64,000 nucleotides of DNA from the IMG/VR virus record IMGVR_UViG_3300028416_000014, positions 3,429 through 67,428 of that record; one strand, written 5' to 3'. This DNA comes from a virus. The notes beneath the pieces were generated by a model that searched no databases, was not told where the DNA came from, and saw nothing but the letters and a program-made list of their open reading frames with translations. Each line of letters begins with the position of its first letter. Position 1 is the first letter of the stretch. Shown piece after piece: positions 51,137 through 58,106 of this stretch. The position numbers were made by a program, and so were the translations under genes.

Positions 51137-51406
51137 TTACTTTTTTTGTATTTCTTTTTTGATAAAATGTAAAATAGAACTATCCGTCTGATACTTAACA
51201 GCTAAATCCCAAGCCGATTCTAAAAAATTCATATGGTTTTTTGAAAATTCAAATGATAATTCGCCTGAATATGTATTTCTAGAACCGGTTATAAGTGCAT
51301 CAACTGTATAGATATCACTTTTATTAAATGTACCATCAGAGCAATTTTGCATAAGTTCTTTTAGGTACAATATTTTATAATTTAGGGTTATAGATTCCCA
51401 TCCCAT
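51137..51406 (-). CDS. Hypothetical protein
   Basis: 89-aa ORF. Confidence 0.6.
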   Translation of the reverse strand: MGWESITLNYKILYLKELMQNCSDGTFNKSDIYTVDALITGSRNTYSGELSFEFSKNHMNFLESAWDLAVKYQTDSSILHFIKKEIQKK

Positions 51407-51417
51407 ATTACTTAATT

Positions 51418-51738
51418 TTAATCAAACCATTGTGAGCGATGTGTCTTAATATTCTTTACATTTAGATTAGGTTCTTTCAAATCATTTTTAAACATAGTAT
51501 CTATGATTTTATCATTAACCATTTTATCATTTTCAGAACCTATTTCAGAAGCTTTATCTATCCTATCTCTATCGAATTCGTTACCACATATGAAATCTGA
51601 TGTAGCGGTATATAATTTAGTATGATACCTACCTAAAGGTCTACTACATTCATTTAATTCGTTAGAGCGTTCATCTAACAATTTGAATAATTCTTCATCG
51701 GACATATTATCCAATTGCTCTTTTGTATGTTTTCCCAT
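51418..51738 (-). CDS. Hypothetical protein
   Basis: 106-aa ORF. Confidence 0.65.
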   Translation of the reverse strand: MGKHTKEQLDNMSDEELFKLLDERSNELNECSRPLGRYHTKLYTATSDFICGNEFDRDRIDKASEIGSENDKMVNDKIIDTMFKNDLKEPNLNVKNIKTHRSQWFD

Positions 51739-51744
51739 CTTAAT

Positions 51745-52155
51745 TTATTTAGTTTTATAATACCAATATAAATCTTCAGTATTTCCATTGAAATCATCAT
51801 TCATGACAGAATCCCACAAATCGAATCCGAACTCTTTAAACAACGCTTCACGTAACGTACAGAGTCGGTTATATTCATGTTTATGCGCTTCATCATCCAA
51901 CTTTAAAGCACGTACACGATTCATACGACCAGAATCTAACGAATCCATATACTTTGTTATATAACTATTTGATTTTGAATTTTTAAAAGTAGTATCAAAC
52001 AATTCATCAGAAAGCTTACGCTGTGATTCAGCTTGTTCAAAATATGGTGAATATTCAAAATCACCATTACGAATTCTATCCAATAAAGGTTTTGTTGATG
52101 GTAGTGGTTTCTTAATACGACCGGTTACCCACCATCTAAATTTGTTGTATGCCAT
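51745..52155 (-). CDS. Hypothetical protein
   Basis: Start set at MAYNKFRWW; contains LLDRIRNGDFEYSPY. Confidence 0.7.
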   Translation of the reverse strand: MAYNKFRWWVTGRIKKPLPSTKPLLDRIRNGDFEYSPYFEQAESQRKLSDELFDTTFKNSKSNSYITKYMDSLDSGRMNRVRALKLDDEAHKHEYNRLCTLREALFKEFGFDLWDSVMNDDFNGNTEDLYWYYKTK

Positions 52156-52179
52156 AAATCTGTATTTTATTAACAATCA

Positions 52180-52221
52180 CTATACACTATTATATACGAT
52201 GTCTGTTGATAAAAGGTTACA
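52180..52221 (-). promoter_or_regulatory. Repeated promoter variant TGTAAC-N17-CGTATAT
   Basis: Same boxes and spacing; leader diverged. Confidence 0.7.
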
Positions 52222-52239
52222 GTATTTATAACTTTTATT

Positions 52240-52767
52240 TTATTTAGTTAGTGGTACAGATTTCCAATTTATTCTATGTATAAGAGAATCGGCAGCACAT
52301 GTCGCAAACAATTCATCAGGCTTAGATGATACGTTATACCCAAGACCCCTAAACAAACCTTCTGCGGCGGATATAAGTCTATTGGATTCGTAAATCTTAT
52401 TTTTATTAAAATCCAAATCAATACAATGGATATGTATGCCAGAATTCCTAAGTTTTTCAGCTATATACATAGTTGCTTCAACTTCTCGCCACAACCTACG
52501 AAACGTATCCCTAATTTTAGGAACTTTAAATTCTTTATAGATAGTATGAACACCATGTCCATAGAATTCAAAATCATCAAGCGTACCCAAATGAAAAGCA
52601 ACACAAGTTACATAACCTGTATCGGGATATCTTTTTAAGGATTGTGAATCAGTACCAACGTAAATCCTAACATCGAATTGGGCATTTTCTGCTAGGTATC
52701 TTTTTACATATGGTACTAATTCAAATTTATCATGTCTATTTCTTTCAGTTTTCCAAAAAGTATTCAT
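52240..52767 (-). CDS. RNase H-like protein (YkuK/DUF458 family)
   Basis: IYVGTDSQ, RLWREV, IDLDFN, SKPD...ATCAAD. Confidence 0.85.
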   Translation of the reverse strand: MNTFWKTERNRHDKFELVPYVKRYLAENAQFDVRIYVGTDSQSLKRYPDTGYVTCVAFHLGTLDDFEFYGHGVHTIYKEFKVPKIRDTFRRLWREVEATMYIAEKLRNSGIHIHCIDLDFNKNKIYESNRLISAAEGLFRGLGYNVSSKPDELFATCAADSLIHRINWKSVPLTK

Positions 52768-53610
52768 TTATACAATTTCACTTAGTTCACTTTCTTTTTC
52801 TTTTTTTAATAATTCCCAAGCTCTACCCAATCTAGTCAACCCAATACCACCTCCGAATCTTGGAAAGAACTCATAAGATAGGAACTCGTTTAACTCTGAT
52901 TCAACACGCTCTTTACCAAATAGTTCAAATAACTTCTCACAATATGTACCATCCATAATAGAGTAAAAGAAATGCCGCATTTCATCAGAATCACAACTAC
53001 GCTCAGCCGTACCAAATGTCTCTTGGCCGAACAGTATGATATCACATTTATTAAACTTACCATCACCAATATATTTCATATTCCAAAATGGTGATGTTCT
53101 AATTGGGAATGTTTCAAGTGATATCGAATGACCAAGCTCTTTCCACATCTTAGATTCGTGCTCATCTTCGAGTATTTCTACATCACCATATTCTTTACAA
53201 GTCGTATCATAATCAAGTTGTACAGGTGTATCAAATCCTAAATACTCTGCTAATTCAATGTTCAACTTCTTTAGAGCTTCGAAATCACCTTTGGATTCAA
53301 ATTCAAACATTGGGAAAATCTTTTCATGTCTGCCTGGTATTGGGTCTTTTTCATTTCTGTATGATGTGGATACACAAAAACACCCATTCCAATCCGGATT
53401 TTTAAGCAACTCATATTCCAACCACATCTGACCAGTCTGTGGTAATGGCCATACAACACCATCGTAGGTGAACGTTGCTACTGAATGTGGGTTTTCACAT
53501 GCGGCCAATATTGATTTTCTAGATTGTGATGGTACTTCTATAAATCCTTTAGATAAAAAAAAATCTCTTAGTTTTTGAGTAACCTCGTGATAAGTTTGTG
53601 TTTGTTTCAT
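52768..53610 (-). CDS. Class IIb aminoacyl-tRNA synthetase paralogue (catalytic core only)
   Basis: Motif 1 (LRDFFLSKGFIEVP), motif 2 (SYRNE...GRH...F.MFEFE) and motif 3 (GGGIGLTRL); no anticodon-binding OB domain. Confidence 0.85.
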   Translation of the reverse strand: MKQTQTYHEVTQKLRDFFLSKGFIEVPSQSRKSILAACENPHSVATFTYDGVVWPLPQTGQMWLEYELLKNPDWNGCFCVSTSYRNEKDPIPGRHEKIFPMFEFESKGDFEALKKLNIELAEYLGFDTPVQLDYDTTCKEYGDVEILEDEHESKMWKELGHSISLETFPIRTSPFWNMKYIGDGKFNKCDIILFGQETFGTAERSCDSDEMRHFFYSIMDGTYCEKLFELFGKERVESELNEFLSYEFFPRFGGGIGLTRLGRAWELLKKEKESELSEIV

Positions 53611-53615
53611 AAATC

Positions 53616-54488
53616 CTATTTTTTGTTATGTTTAATAATTCTATCAGTTAATCTATATTTATTTATTATATATTTTAATTTTTGTGAATAACATGGCTCT
53701 GTCATACACGATGTAGCATAAACTGAATTACCACGTTTTACAAATTTCTTACTACTATCTACGGTTAAACCACCACATAAAGCGTATAGCCATCTGTTTA
53801 ATGTTGGTTCTTTATGTATTCGCTTTCTATACTTACGCATTAGTAATTGACTATGATATCTAATTGAAAACCAGACTGACCTATATTTTGTGAATCTATC
53901 TGTAGGTGAGTCGTCGTGGGCAATTACAAACATATCTGATTCAGAACCACGATACTTATGCCCGAAATAATTATTAGCTTGGGATGCTAATCTACTCTTT
54001 CCGAAATTTGATTCAATGATAGCTTGAGCTACTATCAGTTCTGGTGGGATATCTGTATAAACAACCGTTTCTTCTATGGCAGCCATACACATAAAATCTA
54101 TAAAATTATCTATTTCGGTACTTTTCCAAGCTCTAAATGCTTTCTTTTGTACACTACCCCTACAATGACTACCACGCCATTCACGTTGTGTTACCCAATT
54201 ACGATATCTTGGCGCACCATTCCATAAATATTTTGAAAGTTTTTTAGTGGGTTTTTCATCGATAACTACTGAATCAAATCTACCAGCATATATTTCTAAA
54301 TCAAATAATAAAGAATCGGTAGTATTGTAATTAATAATATCAACAGATGTATTGATATTTGTATTAGTAGAATCATCGATAATTAAATTAGAATTACTAC
54401 TTTTGTAGTTTAGCGTTAATAAGTATAATAATAGTATTAATAATATTGCTAATTTGTAATTCGATATGAGTATCTTCCAAAATTTCAT
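53616..54488 (-). CDS. GH73 glucosaminidase/muramidase with N-terminal membrane anchor
   Basis: IVAQAIIESNFGKSRLA..ANNYFGHK, FTKYRS, YATS. Confidence 0.88.
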   Translation of the reverse strand: MKFWKILISNYKLAILLILLLYLLTLNYKSSNSNLIIDDSTNTNINTSVDIINYNTTDSLLFDLEIYAGRFDSVVIDEKPTKKLSKYLWNGAPRYRNWVTQREWRGSHCRGSVQKKAFRAWKSTEIDNFIDFMCMAAIEETVVYTDIPPELIVAQAIIESNFGKSRLASQANNYFGHKYRGSESDMFVIAHDDSPTDRFTKYRSVWFSIRYHSQLLMRKYRKRIHKEPTLNRWLYALCGGLTVDSSKKFVKRGNSVYATSCMTEPCYSQKLKYIINKYRLTDRIIKHNKK

Positions 54489-54489
54489 A

Positions 54490-54876
54490 TTATAACAGTT
54501 TGGTATTAGTATTGTTAATAAGTATTACACCATTCGGAATTTGTATATTTAATGTTACATTTTCTTCAAGTTTAACACCATTAATAAATACTATTTTTTT
54601 TATTCTATCCAATAGAATTTCACCATTTTTTATAATTATGTTGTATCTACCTACTTTAAAAAGTTGATTAAGTATCCTATCATTTGTATTTGCTTTTATT
54701 TCCGCAGAAATTGTAATTAAGTTGGAATTTGTTGTGGAAATCTGTGTATCATAATCTTCATTAGATATGAAGTACTCATGTGTATTTACTTTAAACTGTT
54801 TTACAAAATTCAATGTTGATTGTGAATATGTAAATGTTGATGCGAGTATTAAAATTGCTGTTAGTAATTTTCTCAT
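54490..54876 (-). CDS. Hypothetical secreted protein
   Basis: Signal-peptide-like MRKLLTAILILASTFTYSQ. Confidence 0.65.
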   Translation of the reverse strand: MRKLLTAILILASTFTYSQSTLNFVKQFKVNTHEYFISNEDYDTQISTTNSNLITISAEIKANTNDRILNQLFKVGRYNIIIKNGEILLDRIKKIVFINGVKLEENVTLNIQIPNGVILINNTNTKLL

Positions 54877-55112
54877 AACTTTAGGTTTTTAATTTTTAAA
54901 AATTCATTTCGATTCTAATATACAAAATATTATCTATATATACAACTTTTTTTATATAAAAAACAAAATTAAATTTTGAAAAAGAAAGATTAATAAAATA
55001 AAGAACAAATAAAAAACTAAAATTTTCATTATAGTATACATATATAATGGTTACATATTATTTAGTAGAATATTGTATTGTATTTACAATAATAACAGAA
55101 TCAAAAAACGGC

Positions 55113-55149
55113 ATAAAAAAATGGGTTTGATGTAAATCAACCCAAATTT
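55113..55149 (-). terminator. Intrinsic terminator closing the tRNA array
   Basis: Minus strand TGGGTTGAT-TTAC-ATCAAACCCA hairpin followed by T7. Confidence 0.75.
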
Positions 55150-55153
55150 AAAG

Positions 55154-55238
55154 TACCCGAAGTGGGAATCGAACCCACACTCCAACAATTGGAACAGAAT
55201 TTTAAGTCCTGCGTGTCTACCAATTCCACCATTCGGGC
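55154..55238 (-). tRNA. tRNA-Leu(TAA)
   Basis: Cloverleaf with long variable arm; loop CT-TAA-AA. Confidence 0.92.
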
Positions 55239-55246
55239 TTATTCAG

Positions 55247-55331
55247 CGGAAAGAGTGGGATTCGAACCCACACATCAAATCTATGATGTACAGATTAGCA
55301 GTCTGCTGTATTACCACTCTACCATCTTTCC
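55247..55331 (-). tRNA. tRNA-Ser(GCT)
   Basis: Long variable arm; loop CT-GCT-AA. Confidence 0.92.
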
Positions 55332-55335
55332 ATAG

Positions 55336-55410
55336 TGCACCTAATAGGATTCGAACCTATGACCCCCTCGGTGTAAACGAGGTGCTCTGAACCAACTGAG
55401 CTATAGGTGC
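55336..55410 (-). tRNA. tRNA-Val(TAC)
   Basis: Stem CCTCG/CGAGG; loop TT-TAC-AC. Confidence 0.92.
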
Positions 55411-55703
55411 TAAAACAAATTAATTAGTATTGGTGCTACTTTGTATCCGAAAAAAGCACCAACGGCTGTCGGTATTGGAAAAACTATAAACTTACCAACA
55501 TTAGTAACATATTTAGGTCTATTTATAACCTTACCTAAGAAAAAATAATACATTAGATATGTTATCAAAACAGGCAAATCATGCCCTAATTTGATACTTA
55601 CGATTATACTAGCCCCAAGTAACCCATAAGTAAAATTACTTAAACTATGCAAAACTACTTCAGAAACAGTTATAACTTCTTTTTTGTTTTTGTTCTTACC
55701 CAT
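55410..55703 (-). CDS. Small membrane protein inside the tRNA array
   Basis: 97 aa with three hydrophobic segments. Confidence 0.7.
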   Translation of the reverse strand: MGKNKNKKEVITVSEVVLHSLSNFTYGLLGASIIVSIKLGHDLPVLITYLMYYFFLGKVINRPKYVTNVGKFIVFPIPTAVGAFFGYKVAPILINLF

Positions 55704-55728
55704 ATGTAAATTATTTAATTTTTAAAAG

Positions 55729-55802
55729 TGGTCCCTGTAGGACTTGAACCTACGACCAACGGGTTATGAGTCCGTTGCTCTAACCAACTGAGCTAAGAGA
55801 CC
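55729..55802 (-). tRNA. tRNA-CAT (Ile2-type or elongator Met)
   Basis: Loop CT-CAT-AA, G1-C72; body resembles tRNA-Ile2. Confidence 0.85.
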
Positions 55803-55807
55803 TTTTG

Positions 55808-55880
55808 TGGTAATGATAGGATTCGAACCTATGACTCACGGTGCTTCAAACCGATGCTCTACCAACTGAGCTACATCACC
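55808..55880 (-). tRNA. tRNA-Phe(GAA)
   Basis: Loop TT-GAA-GC. Confidence 0.88.
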
Positions 55881-55887
55881 ATATTAG

Positions 55888-55961
55888 TTGTCCTAACCAG
55901 ATTTGAACTGATGACCTTTCACTTATCAGGCGAACGCTCTAACCAACTGAGCTATAGGACA
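55888..55961 (-). tRNA. tRNA-Ile(GAT)
   Basis: Loop CT-GAT-AA. Confidence 0.92.
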
Positions 55962-55968
55962 ATAAAAG

Positions 55969-56042
55969 CGGTCTGGACGGGATTCGAACCCGCGACCCTC
56001 TGCGTGACAGGCAGATATTCTAACCAACTGAACTACCAGACC
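55969..56042 (-). tRNA. tRNA-Asp(GTC)
   Basis: Loop CT-GTC-AC. Confidence 0.93.
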
Positions 56043-56050
56043 TTTATTTG

Positions 56051-56135
56051 CGGAAGATGTAGGATTCGAACCTACGATACCTTTCAGTATGCTTGATTTC
56101 AAGTCAAGTGCATTCGACCACTCTGCCAATCTTCC
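56051..56135 (-). tRNA. tRNA-Ser(TGA)
   Basis: Long variable arm; loop CT-TGA-AA. Confidence 0.92.
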
Positions 56136-56147
56136 AATATTATTTTG

Positions 56148-56219
56148 TACTCCATAGGGGAATCGAACCCCTCTTACCAGGATGAAAACCTGGCGTCCTA
56201 GCCGATAGACGAATGGAGC
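56148..56219 (-). tRNA. tRNA-Glu(TTC)
   Basis: Stem CCAGG/CCTGG; loop TT-TTC-AT. Confidence 0.92.
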
Positions 56220-56225
56220 AGTACC

Positions 56226-56291
56226 GGTAAGAACGGTAACATATAGCATCTTTGTATGAACTTGTTCTACAACGCTTTTTTCGTTCTTACC
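56226..56291 (-). ncRNA. Bulged rod-shaped RNA between tRNAs
   Basis: 10-bp closing stem GGTAAGAACG/CGTTCTTACC, central bubble and inner helices. Confidence 0.5.
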
Positions 56292-56308
56292 TAATGTTCA
56301 AACATTTG

Positions 56309-56380
56309 TCGCAGAGCTGGGAATCGAACCCAGGACTTACAGGTTATGAGCCTGTCGAGCTACCGCTGCTCTACTCTGCA
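56309..56380 (-). tRNA. tRNA-fMet-like (CAT)
   Basis: Non-Watson-Crick 1:72 pair, GAGC/GCTC D stem, loop CT-CAT-AA. Confidence 0.85.
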
Positions 56381-56385
56381 ATTTG

Positions 56386-56459
56386 TCGCCATCAAGGGAG
56401 TCGAACCCATATCCTCTCGGCCGTATGACCTAGCGCTTTACCGTTTTAGCTTCATGGCT
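56386..56459 (-). tRNA. Atypical tRNA with 8-nt anticodon loop (TCATACGG)
   Basis: D and T arms intact; imperfect acceptor and anticodon stems. Confidence 0.6.
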
Positions 56460-56524
56460 AATAATTTACAATATCAATTTCTTCTGCAGCTTCCATATCA
56501 ATGTTAAATTATGTTTCTTATTTG

Positions 56525-56672
56525 TGGCCCATAGGGGACTCGAACCCTAGACTTAATCAAACATATTGGGTTGCCGGCCGGACAAGCCATATCTGATAAT
56601 GTCTGTGTACAGTTAATGCCAATTATCTCTTAGACTAATAGAAGAAGGCCTTCTTCTCTGTACCTTTGAACC
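56525..56672 (-). ncRNA. Expanded tRNA-framed ncRNA A (148 nt)
   Basis: GGTTCA/TGGGCC acceptor, discriminator A plus C, T-loop TTCGAGT, two large internal stem domains. Confidence 0.7.
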
Positions 56673-56675
56673 ATG

Positions 56676-56749
56676 CGTCCTGAATAGGATTCGAACCTAT
56701 GACCCTCTGATTAACAGTCAGATGCTCTAACCAACTGAGCTATCAAGAC
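56676..56749 (-). tRNA. tRNA-Asn(GTT)
   Basis: Loop CT-GTT-AA. Confidence 0.93.
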
Positions 56750-56755
56750 AAATTT

Positions 56756-56824
56756 TAATTGCAATAGGAGTTTAACCTATATTTCTTAGATAAGTACTAA
56801 GCGTATTAATTATACTATACAATT
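56756..56824 (-). tRNA. Atypical tRNA-Lys(CTT)-like RNA 1
   Basis: All four stems paired; D loop AATTA, T loop TTAAACT, anticodon loop TA-CTT-AT. Confidence 0.65.
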
Positions 56825-56893
56825 ATCCACAATAGGATTTTAACCTATATCCCATCAGTTAAGAACTGAGTACATTTGTTATGCTATGTGACT
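56825..56893 (-). tRNA. Atypical tRNA-Lys(CTT)-like RNA 2
   Basis: D loop AACAA, T loop TTAAAAT, anticodon loop TT-CTT-AA. Confidence 0.65.
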
Positions 56894-56894
56894 G

Positions 56895-56965
56895 CACGTC
56901 TGTAAGGAATCGAACCCTACCACCGAAGTTTTGGAGACCTGGTCGGCACCTTGCCTGTCAGACGT
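56895..56965 (-). tRNA. tRNA-Trp(CCA)
   Basis: ACGTCTG/CAGACGT acceptor; loop CT-CCA-AA; compact atypical D arm. Confidence 0.85.
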
Positions 56966-56973
56966 ATTTAAAA

Positions 56974-57114
56974 AATTGAAGAGTGGTTTTTAAAGGAACT
57001 TTGGTGGCTCCCCCTTCAGATGTTTACATCATCAATTAATTACTTATCCTTTTTATAATCTTGTCTCTTTATTGTATAAACGAACAATGGAATACAAGCG
57101 TTTGGAAAATAAGT
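56974..57114 (-). ncRNA. Structured spacer RNA(s): bulged rod (57042-57114) plus three-way junction (56974-57037)
   Basis: Helices ACTTAT/ATAAGT, CTTGT/ACAAG and ATTGT/ACAAT; AATTGA/TCAATT encloses two hairpins. Confidence 0.45.
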
Positions 57115-57124
57115 TAAACCAGTG

Positions 57125-57197
57125 TCCACCGAGAAGGAATCGAACCTTCACTCCCCTGATTAAAAGTCAGATGCTTTGCCAATTAAGCTACCGGTGG
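57125..57197 (-). tRNA. tRNA-Lys(TTT)
   Basis: Loop CT-TTT-AA. Confidence 0.92.
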
Positions 57198-57214
57198 TTT
57201 TATTAAAAACATAG

Positions 57215-57285
57215 AGCGGATACCAAGATTCGAACTTGGAACTGAAGATTGGAAATCTACAATGTTACCATTACACCATATCCGC
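57215..57285 (-). tRNA. tRNA-Gly(TCC)
   Basis: Loop TT-TCC-AA, discriminator T. Confidence 0.92.
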
Positions 57286-57301
57286 TTGAAAAAAACCCAC
57301 A

Positions 57302-57314
57302 ATGTCAAAGAACT
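57302..57314 (-). promoter_or_regulatory. boxA-like antitermination element
   Basis: AGTTCTTTGACAT just downstream of a promoter and upstream of tRNAs. Confidence 0.7.
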
Positions 57315-57321
57315 AACACCC

Positions 57322-57377
57322 ACTATAACCAAACAACCTACACTATATTATACGATGTCTATCATCAAAAGGTTACA
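57322..57377 (-). promoter_or_regulatory. Repeated promoter TGTAAC-N17-CGTATAAT inside the tRNA array
   Basis: Matches the repeated element. Confidence 0.8.
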
Positions 57378-57416
57378 ATAAATATGATTTTTTTTAATTT
57401 TTTTTAATTTTTTTTG

Positions 57417-57489
57417 TGGAGCTATTCGGACTTGAACCGAAAATAATAGAATGCAAATCTATCGTGATAGCCAATTTCACCATAGCCCC
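57417..57489 (-). tRNA. tRNA-Ala(TGC)
   Basis: GGGGCTA acceptor with G3:U70; loop TT-TGC-AT. Confidence 0.92.
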
Positions 57490-57495
57490 ATATCG

Positions 57496-57566
57496 AGGTT
57501 GGTGTAGGAATCGAACCTACTTAAAAAGGGTTGCAACCTTTCACCTAACCATTCGGACAACCAACC
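57496..57566 (-). tRNA. tRNA-Cys(GCA)
   Basis: Loop TT-GCA-AC, discriminator T. Confidence 0.92.
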
Positions 57567-57573
57567 ATAATTG

Positions 57574-57656
57574 TGGAAGTAGAGAGATTCGAACTCCCGA
57601 AACCATAGGTAACAGATTTACAGTCTGCCTGCTTTGAGCCACTTGCATATACTTCC
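57574..57656 (-). tRNA. tRNA-Tyr(GTA)
   Basis: Long variable arm; loop CT-GTA-AA. Confidence 0.92.
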
Positions 57657-57660
57657 GAAA

Positions 57661-57855
57661 ATGAATGCTTAGCAGGACTCGAACCTGCGCGCTTATGTAG
57701 TTTTTCTCAACGGACTGTTTTACCTTCTAGTCAGTAAAATTCCCCACCGTGTTTCGATTCAGAAACTTACCTAGGTATTTCAACTACTTGCTCTGTAAAC
57801 TGTGTGATGGGCGTAAGAGCGCACCAGTGACTCCAACTGAGCTATAAGCATTCAT
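57661..57855 (-). ncRNA. Expanded tRNA-framed ncRNA B (about 195 nt), or tRNA with two insertions
   Basis: 11-bp terminal stem, TAGCTCAGTTGG...AGAGC D arm with a ~38-nt insert, GTAGTT/AACTAC stem enclosing ~75 nt, canonical T arm. Confidence 0.75.
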
Positions 57856-57868
57856 TGTTTTTTAATAG

Positions 57869-57942
57869 TACTACTGGTGGGATTCGAACCCACACTTATA
57901 TGATTCTAAGTCATATGCCTCTGCCAATTGGGCTACAGTAGT
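57869..57942 (-). tRNA. tRNA-Leu(TAG) with short variable region
   Basis: Loop CT-TAG-AA; no long variable arm. Confidence 0.88.
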
Positions 57943-57949
57943 GTTTTTG

Positions 57950-58024
57950 GGTGCTATATCAGAATCGAACTGATAACCTTTGGAATCACAATCCAACGCT
58001 CTAACCGATTGAGCTAATAACACC
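57950..58024 (-). tRNA. tRNA-His(GTG)
   Basis: Encoded G-1:C73; loop TT-GTG-AT. Confidence 0.92.
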
Positions 58025-58029
58025 ATTTG

Positions 58030-58101
58030 AGCGAAAGGCGGGATTCGAACCCACAACTTTCTACTTGGTAAGCAGATACTCTACCATTGAGTTACTTTCG
58101 C
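58030..58101 (-). tRNA. tRNA-Gly(ACC)
   Basis: GCGAAAG/CTTTCGC acceptor, discriminator T; stem TCTGC/GTAGA; loop TT-ACC-AA. Confidence 0.88.
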
Positions 58102-58106
58102 AGTTG

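Noticed and set aside
54877-55112. AT-rich non-coding stretch as a replication origin
   Set aside because: No iterons are visible, and part of it is explained by a promoter and the array terminator; insufficient evidence.
56974-57037. Hammerhead ribozyme (TTGATGA / TTGAAGA resemble CUGANGA)
   Set aside because: The first core base is wrong and there is no correctly placed GAAA or stem III on either strand.
56525-57855. GOLLD/ROOL RNA or group I intron as the identity of the expanded RNAs
   Set aside because: The elements are 148 and about 195 nt, far shorter than those classes, and no group I core was recognised.
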